Below, in pieces: positions 1 through 12,994 of a DNA stretch of 64,000 nucleotides. The notes under the pieces were generated by a model. It worked only from the letters and a program-made list of their open reading frames with translations. It ran no database searches and was not told where the DNA came from. Position 1 is the stretch's first letter. Each line of letters opens with the position of its first letter. The stretch spans positions 18,600,001 to 18,664,000 of the forward strand of contig OZ024753.1 in NCBI GenBank assembly GCA_964016885.1, given 5' to 3'. The position numbers were made by a program, and so were the translations under genes. Origin of the DNA: Eledone cirrhosa (Eukaryota).

Positions 1-807
1 TGAAACCTACATAGGCTCCACTTCTAACTGCTTCAAAACTGGATACAATTCGCACCTCCACTCTTTCAAAAAACACAGTCTAGCCAACTCCACTTCACTA
101 TCTAGCTACATACACTATCTAAAAACTAAAAATAAAATATATACACTTAAATGGGAAGTGGTAGGTAGTGCAACATCGTACAAACCACCTGATAAATTTT
201 GTAACCTCTGTCTACTAGAGACACATACTATCATCTTCTCTAAACATAATCTCCTTAATAAAAAATCAGAAGTGTTCGCAAATTGCCAACCCCGCTTCCG
301 ACACTCGTTCCAAAACTTTAAACCCTATATATAATAATGTCAGACTGGAACCGGCACCAGCCCTAGCAATTAACATCAGTAGCACACCTTACACCTCACA
401 TCCACACCCATCTTTATACTCTAAAGATAATACTGACAGCATTTGAGTGCCACCTACCCTGGGAATACCCACTTGTACCTCTAATACTGATATCCCGACC
501 GTGGACTACTTATTCTGCATTGCACAAATATAAGATTAGTATAAATTAGGGACACGGTACTCGTTGTGATAGCATAGTCCTGTGCATGGATTACCACCAA
601 GAGATAGATTGATGATTAGATAGATAATCGTATTGTTAAGTGAGTATATACTGTAAGCGATCAGTTCATTGAATTATGCACGTAATCATCTTGATGTGGA
701 CTCCTTTAGTACCTATTAATAGACACCAGTCTAGCTTGGAGATGTGATACATAATTGATTTATATTTGAGACGGGGGTTGTCTATTACCTGATGGCCAGA
801 CTAGTGC
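1..807 (+). repeat. Direct repeat (pseudo-LTR-like) of the 3' part of PLE-1: GIY-YIG C-terminus (2-334) plus 3' UTR
   Basis: 1-807 is near-identical to 2931-3737 (offset 2930). Frame from 2 reads ETYIGSTSNCFK...CNLCLLE...LLNKKSE...CQPRFRH to TAA at 332-334. Confidence 0.9.
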
Positions 808-2715
808 TATTACTACTATTTCCATTGATATTACGGTTATTTGTTATAATGTTACTTTGACTGTCATTTTGAATGTTATTTTGAAGGTTTATCGACCGTT
901 GTGATTTAGTTTGTTGGAAGTAAGAATTAATTTTTCTTTTATTTGTACTAGCTATGTGGTATGCTAAGTTAGGCGTAGTAGAGTATGAGATCTTAATAGT
1001 GTTTTTGTTTAAAAGGCCGTGGTACCTGTGGCCGGATGGGAAGTGTTTATCTAGTAGTGAGAAGAAAGCCCTAGGAAGGTTGGTAGAGACGTTTAAATTG
1101 AAAGGAGGGTTGAACAATGTATTATTTCTTCTTCTATTTCTGTTTTTTATGTCTGGTGATTTGTTTCCTTTAATGTTCCTATGGTCATTTCTGTGGTGCG
1201 GGTTACTCTTGTTGTTACAATCCCTATTAGTGTGTGTGCAGTTGCTATTCTTATTATTAAATTTTCCCATGGACATGTGTGAAATGATGTTGTAGCTATG
1301 TGTTTTTGTAGGTAGGAACTCTATCCCTGTATTATGGCCTGATCTAGCTAATGCATGATTATAATACTGCGAGTTATTGTTAAATGTGTTTATGTCATAG
1401 GATAGATTCTATTAGATACTCCCTTAGATATAGAGTTCAATATAGATTTAGGGTGGTTAGACTTGGTATCTACGTAGATGAGTTTTTCATTAGGTTTGTG
1501 GAAAGGTGCATATATCATTGAGTCTAAGTAGAGTGTGGCGTCTAGGAAGTTGACGTTTTTGGTGTTTTTGTCCATGGTAATACTAAGGTTAAAGTTTTTG
1601 AATGTTTTGTGCAATAGTTTTCTAGTACTTTCTATATTGAATTTTTTATAGACTATAAGTAGAAGTGCATCATCGCGATACAAACCACCACTGAGGTACG
1701 GAAGTTCCCTGTGGATTAGGTTAAGTAAGTATAGGCCAACCAAATCAGTGACCTGCGCCGAGTCACTAGACCCCATAGTAATGTCGAAGTTGTTTTGCGT
1801 ATCCTTGCGGGTCCATAATTGGTCCTCAAAGGTGATTATTGTTTTACGGGCCGCAAGTATGACATCAATCTGGGGTCTAGTCAAGTCACTATTGTCCATG
1901 GCCATTATAAGTGCCTTATTTAGTAGGATAGGGGAAATAGAGGTGTAGTAAGAGTTGATATCAAATTGGATAAATTTTTTATCCTTGTTATCTATGATAT
2001 TTTTGAACCATTCAATCACTTCACCCGTATTTCCCCATTGCTTAAGGTAAATCTTGTGTTTAATCTGTGGGATGATTTTGTCTAGGATTTTTTTACTGAT
2101 AATGCCAATGTCAGACCTGGAGGGGCAGATTAGTCTAATCGAGGGGTTGCTAATGAAGTCCACCTTATGGTCCTTCAGAGAGAATCTAGGGGGGTTTGGG
2201 GTGTAAGGTTGTGTATGTCTCTGGAGCCCTAGTTTGGATACTATATTATAGCCTTCCATATTAATATCTTCTAAGTTTTTCATAGTGGTTTTTTTGTAGT
2301 TTTTATGTAGTTCATTATATATAAACTTTCTATACGTATTATAATCTAGGCTGTATATGTTATTAGTTTTGTCGGCATGTACAACAATTTTACTACAAGT
2401 TTTGAAGTCATTAATAGAGGTGCTAAGTTTGTTTAAGAAGGTGTTGTTTTTATTATGGTGTTTTTTGTATTTAATGTTTTTAACTAGTTTAATTAGGTCG
2501 TTTTCGAAGAGGTTTAATAGTGTGTTATGAGGGGGACTTCTAAATGTTTTAAATCCGAAAGAGTCAAATTTGTTGGTGTTATTATCCTTGCCAGATTTGT
2601 TTCTATCATAATGGAATGTCCTCCATCTCACTCTATTGATAAAGGAGTTTACACTGTTGATCAACAACTTTTCATATGTATTTTTGGTTGGTAAAGGTAT
2701 GTTCTTGGTTGACAT
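800..2715 (-). pseudogene. PLE-1 reverse transcriptase + thumb/linker, inverted relative to its endonuclease; one frameshift near 1400
   Basis: Motifs MSTKNIP, RVRWR, ADKTNN, QFDINSYY, MGSSDSAQVTDLVG, YRDD, FLD, SNHP. Homologous to the intact ORF at 59857-62298. ORF 785-1276 continues it (FNPPFNL, KISYSTTPN). Confidence 0.9.
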
Positions 2716-3264
2716 AGTAATAGCACTAGTGTAAACATTAACGCTGCGTACCACAACCCGCATAACCATAACCCTATAGCTAACCTCCAAACCTCTACAC
2801 AGCATAGTAACCGGCAGACTAGCACCCAGAGTAATTGTAACTGTAGATCAAGTAGAACCTGCCCTTTAGATAACAAATGCTTAACCAAGGATATCATATA
2901 CTCATGTACAGTCACAACTAACAGCTCTTCTGAAACCTACATAGGCTCCACTTCTAACTGCTTCAAAACTGGATACAATTCGCACCTCCACTCTTTCAAA
3001 AAACACAGTCTAGCCAACTCCACTTCACTATCTAGCTACATACACTATCTAAAAACTAAAAATAAAATATATAAACTTAAATGGGAAGTGGTAGGTAGTG
3101 CAACATCGTACAAACCACCTGATAAATTTTGTAACCTCTGTCTACTAGAGACACATACTATCATCTTCTCTAAACATAATCTCCTTAATAAAAAATCAGA
3201 AGTGTTCGCAAATTGCCAACCCCGCTTCCGACACTCGTTCCAAAACTTTAAACCCTATATATAA
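2716..3264 (+). pseudogene. PLE-1 C-terminal linker + GIY-YIG endonuclease (open frame with no ATG, missed by the ORF track)
   Basis: Reads SNSTSVNIN...CNCRSSRTCPLDNKC...IIYSC...TYIGSTSN...CNLC; ends TAA 3262-3264. Confidence 0.88.
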
Positions 3265-4764
3265 TAATGTCAGACTGGAACCGGCACCAGCCCTAGCAAT
3301 TAACGTCAGTAGCACACCTTACACCTCACATCCACACCCATCTCTATACTCTAAAGATAATACTGACAGCATTTGAGTGCCACCTACCCTGGGAATACCC
3401 ACTTGTACCTCTAATACTGATATCCCGACCGTGGACTACTTATTCTGCATTGCACAAATATAAGATTAGTATAAATTAGGGACACGGTACTCGTTGTGAT
3501 AGCATAGTCCTGTGCATGGATTACCACCAAGAGATAGATTGATGATTAGATAGATAATCGTATTGTTAAGTGAGTATATACTGTAAGCGATCAGTTCATT
3601 GAATTATGCACGTAATCATCTTGATGTGGACTCCTTTAGTACCTATTAATAGACACCACTCTAGCTTGGAGATGTGATACATAATTGATTTATATTTGAG
3701 ACGGGGGTTGTCTATTACCTGATGGCCAGACTAGTGCGTTTATATGAGAGATCGGATCTCCGGACCATACTGAAGATTTACTGGAGATGCAGGCAAGCAA
3801 TGACCCGGAGCCTACCGGGTGGCATATATAATAGTGGGACCATACCAGGTCCTACTGTTGTATTACATTTGCATGGAGCAGTGACTTGAGAGTCCGACTC
3901 CTCTTATAGAACGTTCAGATATGACACCCCTTAATTATTGGTTGGCAATCATCCTAGTATATACACCCTTGTACTTCTTAATGAACAACTCTCTAACTTA
4001 TAAATGGGTACCATACTCTAGATATTAGTTATAACTTCACATGATAGGCACGTATTTGAATCACCATTAATGTAGTTTAGCATAGTAATGAAACTAAAAT
4101 AACTAGCTAGTTACCTCCCCTTACGCATTAATTCCCCTTAATCATTCAGGCACTTCCGGAATTTGGACAGCATGATATATTAATTAAGAACCGACTGGAT
4201 ACCGTTTATAGCTTGACTATATGATGAACCACTGCGAATTATACGATAGACGCGTGTTCTCTATATATATATTGCGTCTCATGGATTATGTGAGTGGTGG
4301 TGTGAGCAAGGACAGTGGTACGACCTTGCCTACGATACAATAAGGTTTATAGTATGTTGAAGGTTTTTGATATTTTGGTGTTTCCCCGCATCCGAGACTG
4401 TATATCATACAGATATATGAGAATAAATGACTTAATAATTCAGCCTATATTATAAGATCGATTGCCTGCTTCAACTGCCTGTCCCTGCAAATATCATTCT
4501 GACGCACTCTAATCATGTATAGATAAGACAAGCGTGCATGCTACACGGGAGATTGCTTCATGCACTGACTACTCTAAGCTTTCCTCTTATTTTATCTTCA
4601 TAGACTGCCAACGCTTCATGTTTATCTTTATTTTCACTCTTGCTTTTATTTTATTTTATTTTATTTTATTTTTATCATGTAACACTTTATATGTAAATTG
4701 CCATGCTACATATATATACATATATATACATGTACATATATATACATGTATATATATATATAGT

Positions 4765-4905
4765 TATGTAATAAACAACATGAGGCAATTATTTCATTTA
4801 CCAGTGATTTCTTAGAAGCAAACAAGTTTTGCTTTCAATCATCAGTAATGAAAAAATCCTGGTGTATTGATTGACATTGGATTTTAAAAACAAAAATATA
4901 ATCTA
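4765..4905 (-). mobile_element. Family B short element end with hammerhead motif; inverted homolog of 7990-8131
   Basis: Minus strand: tttcatta-CTGATGA-ttgaaagcaaaacttgtttgcttctaa-GAAA-tcactgg-TA-aatgaaa. Confidence 0.7.
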
Positions 4906-5508
4906 TATGAAAGTGAGGCTGGAAAAGGAAGAAGGAAAGGAAAAATAAACATACATGCACACAAACACACACACACACACAATTACATACACACACATAT
5001 ATACATACACATATATATACACAAACACATACATACACACTCACACATATGTATATATATATATACATACACATACATATACACATACATACATACACAC
5101 ATATATATATCAACATATCCATACATACACATACACACAAATACACAAACACGCACACACATGCATATATATACATACATACACACAATCATACATATAA
5201 ACACACGTACATACACACACATACATACACACATATATACACGCATACATACGCATGCACAGATATAGATATATGTACACACAAAATAATTATAAGAAAA
5301 ATATAATAATAAAAATACCGTCACATAAGAATAAGAATGAATAAAAATTATTATAGTGTTGACAGCGATACAGGCAAAAAATAAATGAACAAACACACGT
5401 GGTAAGCAATACACACAACAGCACATACACATACATACGTAAAAATAAATACATACACACACGCACATACATATATATATACATATACACATACATACAC
5501 ATACACAT

Positions 5509-5555
<47 letters not shown>

Positions 5556-5675
5556 CGTATCCACAAACACATACATACAAATACATATACACACATATGT
5601 ATGTGTGTAAAACTCATTCTTAGATGTATTCATATGAACCTTGTTTAACTCTTAAATATATATATATATATATAA

Positions 5676-6120
5676 TACGATATTAACAAATGAAAACTAC
5701 ATCTACAAAGCCACATTCATTTCACCATACATACTTCAAGGACACCAAGTCAAATCATGGTGCGCCTTCATCAGATAAAACATAATACAGATCAGTCCTA
5801 CAAACAACATTGACACACCCCTAAAGAATGCAACCATTACTGTTGGAAGCTCCAGCAGCTTCCAACAGTAATGGTTGCACTCTTCAAGGGCACGTCAATA
5901 CTATTTATAAAACTAATCTACATTATACTTCATCTGATGAAAGCACACCACAATTCAACTTGGCGTCCCTGAAACATGTACAATGAAATAAATATGGTTT
6001 TACAAATACAGCCTCCATTTGTTAATATCGCATTTTTACTCGAAATATTTGTTGAGTGCTCCATATCAGTTATAAAAATATTTGCTTGTTGTATCCCAAC
6101 AATTTAAATAGCACTTTACA
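5676..6120 (-). mobile_element. Family C fold-back element (175-bp arms 5676-5850 / 5858-6032, 7-nt loop, extra tail 6033-6120) with mutated hammerhead
   Basis: Arms align with no gaps. Homologous to 8193-8478. Confidence 0.85.
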
Positions 6121-6213
6121 TATATATATATATATATATACATACATATATATATATACATACACATATATATACATACACATACACACACATATATATA
6201 TATACACACATAC

Positions 6214-6245
<32 letters not shown>

Positions 6246-6379
6246 GTATATAAGAAAATACATAAATATTATATATATATAAAAATAAAAAGTTGGGAAT
6301 ACGACAAATAATAAATAAATATTTCGTTTCTGAATTTGTTTAGCAAGATTCTTTATCTGAAATCGTGTGTTGAAACCGA

Positions 6380-6671
6380 TATTGTTATACTGTGGGAGGG
6401 TCATGTTGCCAAAACAAAATGGCGTAGGACAGAACAAAGGAGAGGCACAAAAACAAAGAAAATAATCGCCAGTCACTGAAGAGGTCACAGAATGTGTGAC
6501 GAAAGAACTTTGACAATATATAAACAACTATCTGGTTGTGGAACCAACCAACCAACCAACCAGAAATTTATAAATTCCTAAATTTATAAATTTATTATAA
6601 GAAATTGAAGTGAAATCATCTGGTGCGTGTGTTTCTTATTGGCAACATGACCCTCCCAATGTATAACAATA
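6380..6671 (+). mobile_element. Short element bounded by ~32-bp inverted ends, with a hammerhead-like motif at 6472-6514
   Basis: Ends tattgttatac..tgggagggtcatgttgccaa / ttggcaacatgaccctccca..gtataacaata. Inside: gtca-CTGAAGA-g-gtcaca-gaatg-tgtgac-GAAA-gaac-TT-tgac. Confidence 0.65.
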
Positions 6672-6837
6672 AATAAATAAATAAATAATTAGAAAAAGGT
6701 ATAAATGTGTATAGCTGATTTAGAGCACTCAACAAGTTCCTGTGGCAAATGATCAATGAAAATAAGCATTAAATCACTGTATATAATTATGCATATACAT
6801 ACACACATACATATACATATATATATATATATATATA

Positions 6838-7249
6838 TAATATTAGATCAAAAGATGGTTAAAGGAGTTCCATATATTTTATTATGCGCATTTCAAAAAC
6901 AAACATCATCAAACAATAATATTTGTGTTTTCATCAGATAAAACAGGAGAACATGATATGAAGGCTAAAAAACACTTGTTGATAGTGCAGTTTTAAATCA
7001 ACATATCAACTGCACTATCAACACGTGTTTTTTAGCCTTCATATCATGTTCTCCTGTTTTATCTGATGAAAACACAAATATTATTGTTTGATGATGTTTG
7101 TTTTTGAAATGCGCATAATAAAATATATGGAACTCCTTTAACCATCTTTTGATCTTATATTATGTATACTCCAGTCCTACAAACTGTAGAGTGCTTCTTA
7201 TCCGATATCTGCATTGCTTTATTGTACTACAATAAAACTCACCTCCTAC

Positions 7250-7250
<1 letters not shown>
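6838..7250. mobile_element. Family A fold-back made only of PLE 3' end sequence; hammerhead on both arms (+ copy 7057-7123)
   Basis: Near-perfect inverted arms ~6843-6992 / ~7008-7158, matching the 3' ends of 26337-29308 and 39543-42892. Motif ttttat-CTGATGA-stemII-GAA-ATGCGCAT-A-ataaaa. Confidence 0.88.
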
Positions 7251-7288
<38 letters not shown>

Positions 7289-7474
7289 ACCATACAAATA
7301 CACACACACATACATACACATACATACATATACGTATATATATACACATATAGGAAAAAGTATGACCCCACGGCAGAGCTCAAGCCGTTTCTGAGGCTAT
7401 TATATATATACACACAAAAAACAAATATATAAAAATACACGCACACAAATAAACACACGCACACACACACACAC

Positions 7475-7524
<50 letters not shown>

Positions 7525-8039
7525 AATACAACAAAAGCATATAAAATACAATTATATACACACATACATATACATACATATATATAAACATACATACACA
7601 CATACATATACATACATATATATATATATACATATATACGCATATGCGCAACACGCACACGCACACACACACACACACACACAGAAATAAATATCTAAAA
7701 ATAAAAAAGGTGGGTATGTGAAAGGTAAGGTAGAATGTAGGGGGGGGGGGGAATAAGGAAAATAAATGACATAGGAAAATGTTTAAATATAAGGGGAGAT
7801 AAGGGAGAAAAAGATTATAAGAGTACAGTAAGTGAATTCAGGATGTAAAAAAACCGTAGTGGATGTAAGGCGTAGAGAGCAGAGAAGAAGTTCAAGGTGA
7901 TTGAGTTATCGTAGGAATGTCAATCCAGTTACAGATCAGATGTGATTTCAGGTGAGGACAACATCTGAAGATCTCGGTACTTTTATAAAGATTATACTTT
8001 TGTTTTTAAAATCCAATGTCAATAAATACACCAGGATTT

Positions 8040-8100
8040 TTTCATTCTGATGATTGAAAGCAAAACTTGTTTGCGTTTAAGAAACCATTGGTAAATGAAA
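8040..8100 (+). ncRNA. Minimal type I hammerhead ribozyme (family B)
   Basis: Stem I tttcatt/aatgaaa; CTGATGA 8047-8053; stem II; GAAA 8081-8084; stem III ACCA-T-TGGT; GUA triplet. Confidence 0.8.
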
Positions 8101-8137
8101 TAGTTGCCTTATGTTGTTTATTACATAACTATATATA

Positions 8138-8192
<55 letters not shown>

Positions 8193-8195
<3 letters not shown>

Positions 8196-8478
8196 AAAGT
8201 TCTATTTAAAATTGTTGGGATACAACAAGTAAATATTTTTATAACTGATATAAAGCACTCAACAAGTATTTGGAGTAGATATACGATATCAATAAATGGA
8301 TGACTTCCAAAAACAATGGTTGCATTTTAATAGGGTACGTCTAAGCTTATTTGTAAAACTGTTATATATTGTATTTTGTCTGATGAAGGCATACCATAAT
8401 TTAATTTGGTATCCCTGAAATATGTATAATGAAATAAATATAGTTTTATAAATATAGTTTCCATTTATTAATATCGTA
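8193..8478 (+). mobile_element. Family C element: inverted tail (8193-8300) + sense body with hammerhead 8372-8436
   Basis: tattttgt-CTGATGA-aggcatacca...tggtatccct-GAA-ATATGTAT-A-atgaaata. 8193-8280 is the inverted homolog of 6033-6120. Confidence 0.78.
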
Positions 8479-8499
8479 TATATATATATATTTATATAC

Positions 8500-9650
8500 A
8501 CATATGTAAGTATGTATGTATACGTACATACATATATGTATACAGATGTACAGTAGCATGCATATATATATATATACATATATATACATACAGCTACACA
8601 TACATATATGTACGTATCAGTTTAGCAGATGCTTATTATAGCGCCCGCTTTGTTCGTTTGTAAACAAACTGAACAGCCTGAATTTATGCCGTACGGTGTT
8701 AAGGCAACCACGTTACCTTTTTGTTCAACACTGACACAGGAACGATGTACTAGTTTCAAGCTTGTTAGCTATCATCAGCACCGTATACCCTTCTGCCAGA
8801 TGGTTGAACGTTCGAAAGTATATACTTTCCTTATGAAAATTAACGGCTGAGCAGCCTAATTTGCATATCGAGTGAGTTAAATCGGTCAGGCGTACCGAAA
8901 ACGATAAGTTGTAATAAAATGAAAACGAAATTTCATTTCTCACTCTTAGTACGGCACTTACTTAAATGTAAGTATGTATGTATACGTACATACATATATG
9001 TATACAGATGTACAGTAGCATGCATATATATATATATACATATATATACATACAGCTACACATACATATGTGTACGTATCAGTTTAGCAGATGCTTATTA
9101 TAGCGCCCGCTTTGTTCGTTTGTAAACAAACTGAACAGCCTGAATTTATGCCGTACGGTGTTAAGGCAACCACGTCACCTTTTTGTTCAACACTGACACA
9201 GGAACGATGTACTAGTTTCAAGCTTGTTAGCTATCATCAGCACCGTATACCCTTCTGCCAGATGGTTGAACGTTCGAAAGTATATACTTTCCTTATGAAA
9301 ATTAACGGCTGAGCAGCCTAATTTGCATATCGAGTGAGTTAAATCGGTCAGGCGTACCGAAAACGATAAGTTGTAATAAAATGAAAACGAAATTACATTT
9401 CTCACTCTTAGTACGGCACTTACTTAAATGTAAGTATGTATGTATACGTACATACATATATGTATACAGATGTACAGTAGCATGCATATATATATATATA
9501 CATATATATACATACAGCTACACATACATATATGTACGTATCAGTTTAGCAGATGCTTATTATAGCGCCCGCTTTGTTCGTTTGTAAACAAACTGAACAG
9601 CCGTACTAAGAGTGAGAAATGAAATTTCGTTTTCATTTTATTACAACTTA
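8500..9650 (-). repeat. 462-bp tandem repeat (~2.4 units), one hammerhead per unit (8742-8784, 9204-9246), plus an inverted fragment 9601-9650; non-LTR retrozyme-like
   Basis: Period 462 seen directly (8629 vs 9091). Minus strand acggtg-CTGATGA-tagctaacaagctt-GAA-ACTAGT-A-catcgt. 9601-9650 is the reverse complement of ~8906-8954. Confidence 0.82.
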
Positions 9651-9763
9651 TATACACATATATTTATATAAATACATATATATTCATATACATATATATT
9701 AAGTTCTGTAACATACATGGAGCACTCTTTATTTCTGGACCCTTCCGACGGACTTACTTCATT

Positions 9764-9835
<72 letters not shown>

Positions 9836-9840
<5 letters not shown>

Positions 9841-10022
9841 TCTACTTTAGGCACAAGGCCAGCAATTACTCAGTGCATTACTGGTACTTTATTTTATCGA
9901 CCCCGTAAGGATGAAAGGCAAAGTCAACCTCGGCGGGATTTGAACTCAGATCATAAAGGGACGTAACTATGCTGGAAAGCATGGCGTCCGACACTCTACC
10001 GATACTGCCAATCCACCGCCCT
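9836..10022 (-). mobile_element. tRNA-derived SINE
   Basis: Minus strand has A-box-like TGGCAGTATCGG, B-box GAGTTCAAATC, then central domain GCCTTTCATCCTT..GGGGTCGATAAAATAAAGTACCAG. Homologous to 37604-37797. Confidence 0.85.
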
Positions 10023-10069
10023 ATATACATATATATATATATATATGTAAGTATGTATGTATATATAAA

Positions 10070-10548
10070 AGAGAGTATTGAAGTTTGCTTGAAGCATTGT
10101 GTAGTAATAAGGTACATTTCTTTAATTCGTTTGGAAGCCTCGACAATGCAAATGGGTAAATCTCCGGGTAACAAGATCCGGTGGTGGATACAGAGATGTA
10201 AGTGTGTGTACGTTGAGATGCGTCGCGTCTATAAGACGTGTAGAGGAAAGAAGGAAAGAACGTAAAGGATAAAAATAAAAATAACAACACGAGAGAGAGT
10301 TACTTGGGAGAGATTTAATGGTCCCTATATATTTCGGATTCACATCCATCAACTGGGTTTTTTCCGGGGTGGAGGAAAGATTGTCTGTCGGAAAGGTGCG
10401 AAACGTGTCCTCCGCTGTTCGTTGTTTTGAATATATTCAAAACAACGAACAGCGGAGGACACGTTTCGCACCTTTCCGACTGACAACCTTGTTACTCGGA
10501 GATTTACCCATTTGCATTGTCGAGGCTGCCAAACGGCTTAAAGAAATT

Positions 10549-10556
<8 letters not shown>
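10070..10556. mobile_element. Non-coding PLE-type terminal fragment with nested inversions (10108-10175 / 10488-10555; hairpin 10381-10486)
   Basis: Inverted matches seen directly. Has the GAAACGTGTC half-hammerhead and a tail motif shared with the 53-kb PLE. Confidence 0.55.
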
Positions 10557-10583
<27 letters not shown>

Positions 10584-10587
<4 letters not shown>

Positions 10588-11840
10588 GGAGGTGAGTTTT
10601 ATTGTAGTTCTCTATCTAAAATCTGCAATTTCTGCCTAAATGAAAAATTTACCATTATCTCTAATCTAGATTCTATAATAAATAGACGCACTGACTTGTT
10701 TTCTATCTGCTTGCATAAATTCCATAAAACATCTCACAAAGTATACAGCTAATATTCAATTCTTTATCAATTTAGAATCTTTTTCTCAAAGGCACATATA
10801 TATATATGCACTTCTTTTAAAAATATACCCATCTTTCTACCTTATTTCAAAGGTTATTATACATTCTATAATACTTGTTTACTCATTACTCTTACTCTAT
10901 ATCACCTTGTAAAATCCTTCGTAAACATATACATTTTTTTTTTGACGCTAGATTATTCATCCTCAATTCATTATCTTTTCTCCCTATCATCTAACTCATT
11001 ATTCTCAATACATATTAACATTTTCTTTTGCTTTTTCTTTTTCTTCGCACATATTATCAAATCCTTCAATATACAAACCTTAACTTTACATTATTTTTCT
11101 CTTCGTTAATTTTCAAATTTCTATAATACCTGTTTGACTCTTTCTACATCACCCATATTTATCACTTCCTTTTCTTCTCTTCTAATATCTAACCCCTAAT
11201 CTGTACCTTTTCTCACTCTTGCCTAACTTAGAATCAATTATTACATAATACAACACATTCTTACTCTATATCACCTTATAAAAATCCTTCGTAAACATAT
11301 ACATTTTTTTTGACGTTAGAATATTCATCCGCAATTCATTATACTTTTCTCCCTATCATCTAACTCATTATTCTCAATACATATTAACTCCTTCTCTTTC
11401 TTCGCACATATTTTTTTCTCTTCGTTAATCTTCAAATTCTTTTAATTCATACATTATCTTCCAACGGTTTTCAACCTCTCTATGTAAAACAATATGTCTT
11501 TCTCAGTTATAAAAACTATCTCTCTCTCTCTATCACCCATCTCTCCTCCTATCTCATCCTTCCTCACTATACTCCTCCCTCTCCACCTCCACTCTCATCT
11601 CCTCCTCTTTTTTTCACCCCCCCCTTCTAAATAAAATATTTTTCCCAATATCACACATCAATCTAAAACTACTTCTCATATGTTGATTTAAAACTACACT
11701 ATCCACTAGTGTTTTTTAGCCTTCATATCATGTCCTCCTGTTTTATCTGATGAAAACACAAATATTATTGCATGATGATATTTGTTTTTGTAATGCGCAT
11801 AATAAAATACATGGAACTCCTTTAACCATCTTTTGTTCTT
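10584..11840 (+). mobile_element. Family A PLE, heavily 5'-truncated: ~24-bp inverted tail + GIY-YIG C-terminus + 3' UTR
   Basis: SLSKICNFCLNEKFTIISN...CLHKFHKTSHKVYS matches the C-terminus of 27735-28931. The hammerhead near 11741-11808 has GAAA changed to GTAA. Confidence 0.85.
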
Positions 11841-11845
11841 ATATA

Positions 11846-11966
<121 letters not shown>

Positions 11967-11989
11967 ATATATATATATATATATATGTA

Positions 11990-12028
<39 letters not shown>

Positions 12029-12139
12029 ATATATATATGTATATGTATATATACATATATATATATATGTGTATATATATATGTATATGTATATATACAT
12101 TTATATATATATATACATGTATATATATATATATATATG

Positions 12140-12181
<42 letters not shown>

Positions 12182-12232
12182 AATATATATATATATATAT
12201 GTACAATATATATATATATAATATATATATAT

Positions 12233-12293
<61 letters not shown>

Positions 12294-12298
<5 letters not shown>

Positions 12299-12994
12299 CG
12301 GAATATTATGTGTGGTTGTAATGATAAATGGATGGATGGATGTAACTGTTGGTATGGTGGTTCGAATGTAAAGAAAAATACCAGGATTGTGTTGTTACAA
12401 AGTTTATTTTATTATAACAATATTCAATTTGAATATTGAATGATAAAACCAATAACACAAAATATTCATACAATAATTTGGTGGCTCGTCGAGCCACGTA
12501 AATTCAAGTATCACAGAATACTATTATAACATAATTTGTATTGTATCAGAAAGGTACAGTACGTGTACAAATGCTGAACTCACTATGAATGCGTGTGTGC
12601 GTATCAGTATCTTTTACTTGTTTGTATTGCAGGAGTCAGCGATCAGCCAGGAAAGTGAGAATAATTGGCAGACTGGTTTTTCGTGACGAGGGCTTGTAAA
12701 TGCGACTTGTCTTGTCTGTATATCACTTCTTTTCTATTCGAGGCGTAAACAATCCCTGCATTTATAAGTGTTGCAGTTAGAAATATAGATATATCCTCTG
12801 AACTTTGGTTAGTCTCCCAAGGGATTAGTTTGCCAAGCGTAAACAAGTCAGAAAGATGGATATATCCTCTGACCTATTGTCTGTCAGGCGTAAACACCTC
12901 TGACCTGTCTTTAGCCTCTCCCAAGGGGTTAGTCTCTTGAGCGTAAACAAGTTACCAAGCTCAGATTCGGTTTCGAATCTTCGCCGCCGTTATA
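12294..12994 (-). repeat. 3' LTR (~701 bp), termini TATAACGG...CCGTTATA; polypurine tract at ~12998-13007
   Basis: 12294-12674 matches 17423-17826. Minus-strand GGAAGGGGGA-tac immediately precedes TATAACGG. Confidence 0.8.

Noticed and set aside
2716-2805. N-terminal extension MLCRGLEVSY... of ORF 1390-2805
   Set aside because: It is antisense read-through into the inverted endonuclease half. Homology starts at MSTKNIP (2715).
3765-4510. CTGAAGA (3770) and ATGATGA (4221) in the PLE-1 3' region as hammerheads
   Set aside because: No convincing GAAA/stem III/NUH arrangement could be built.
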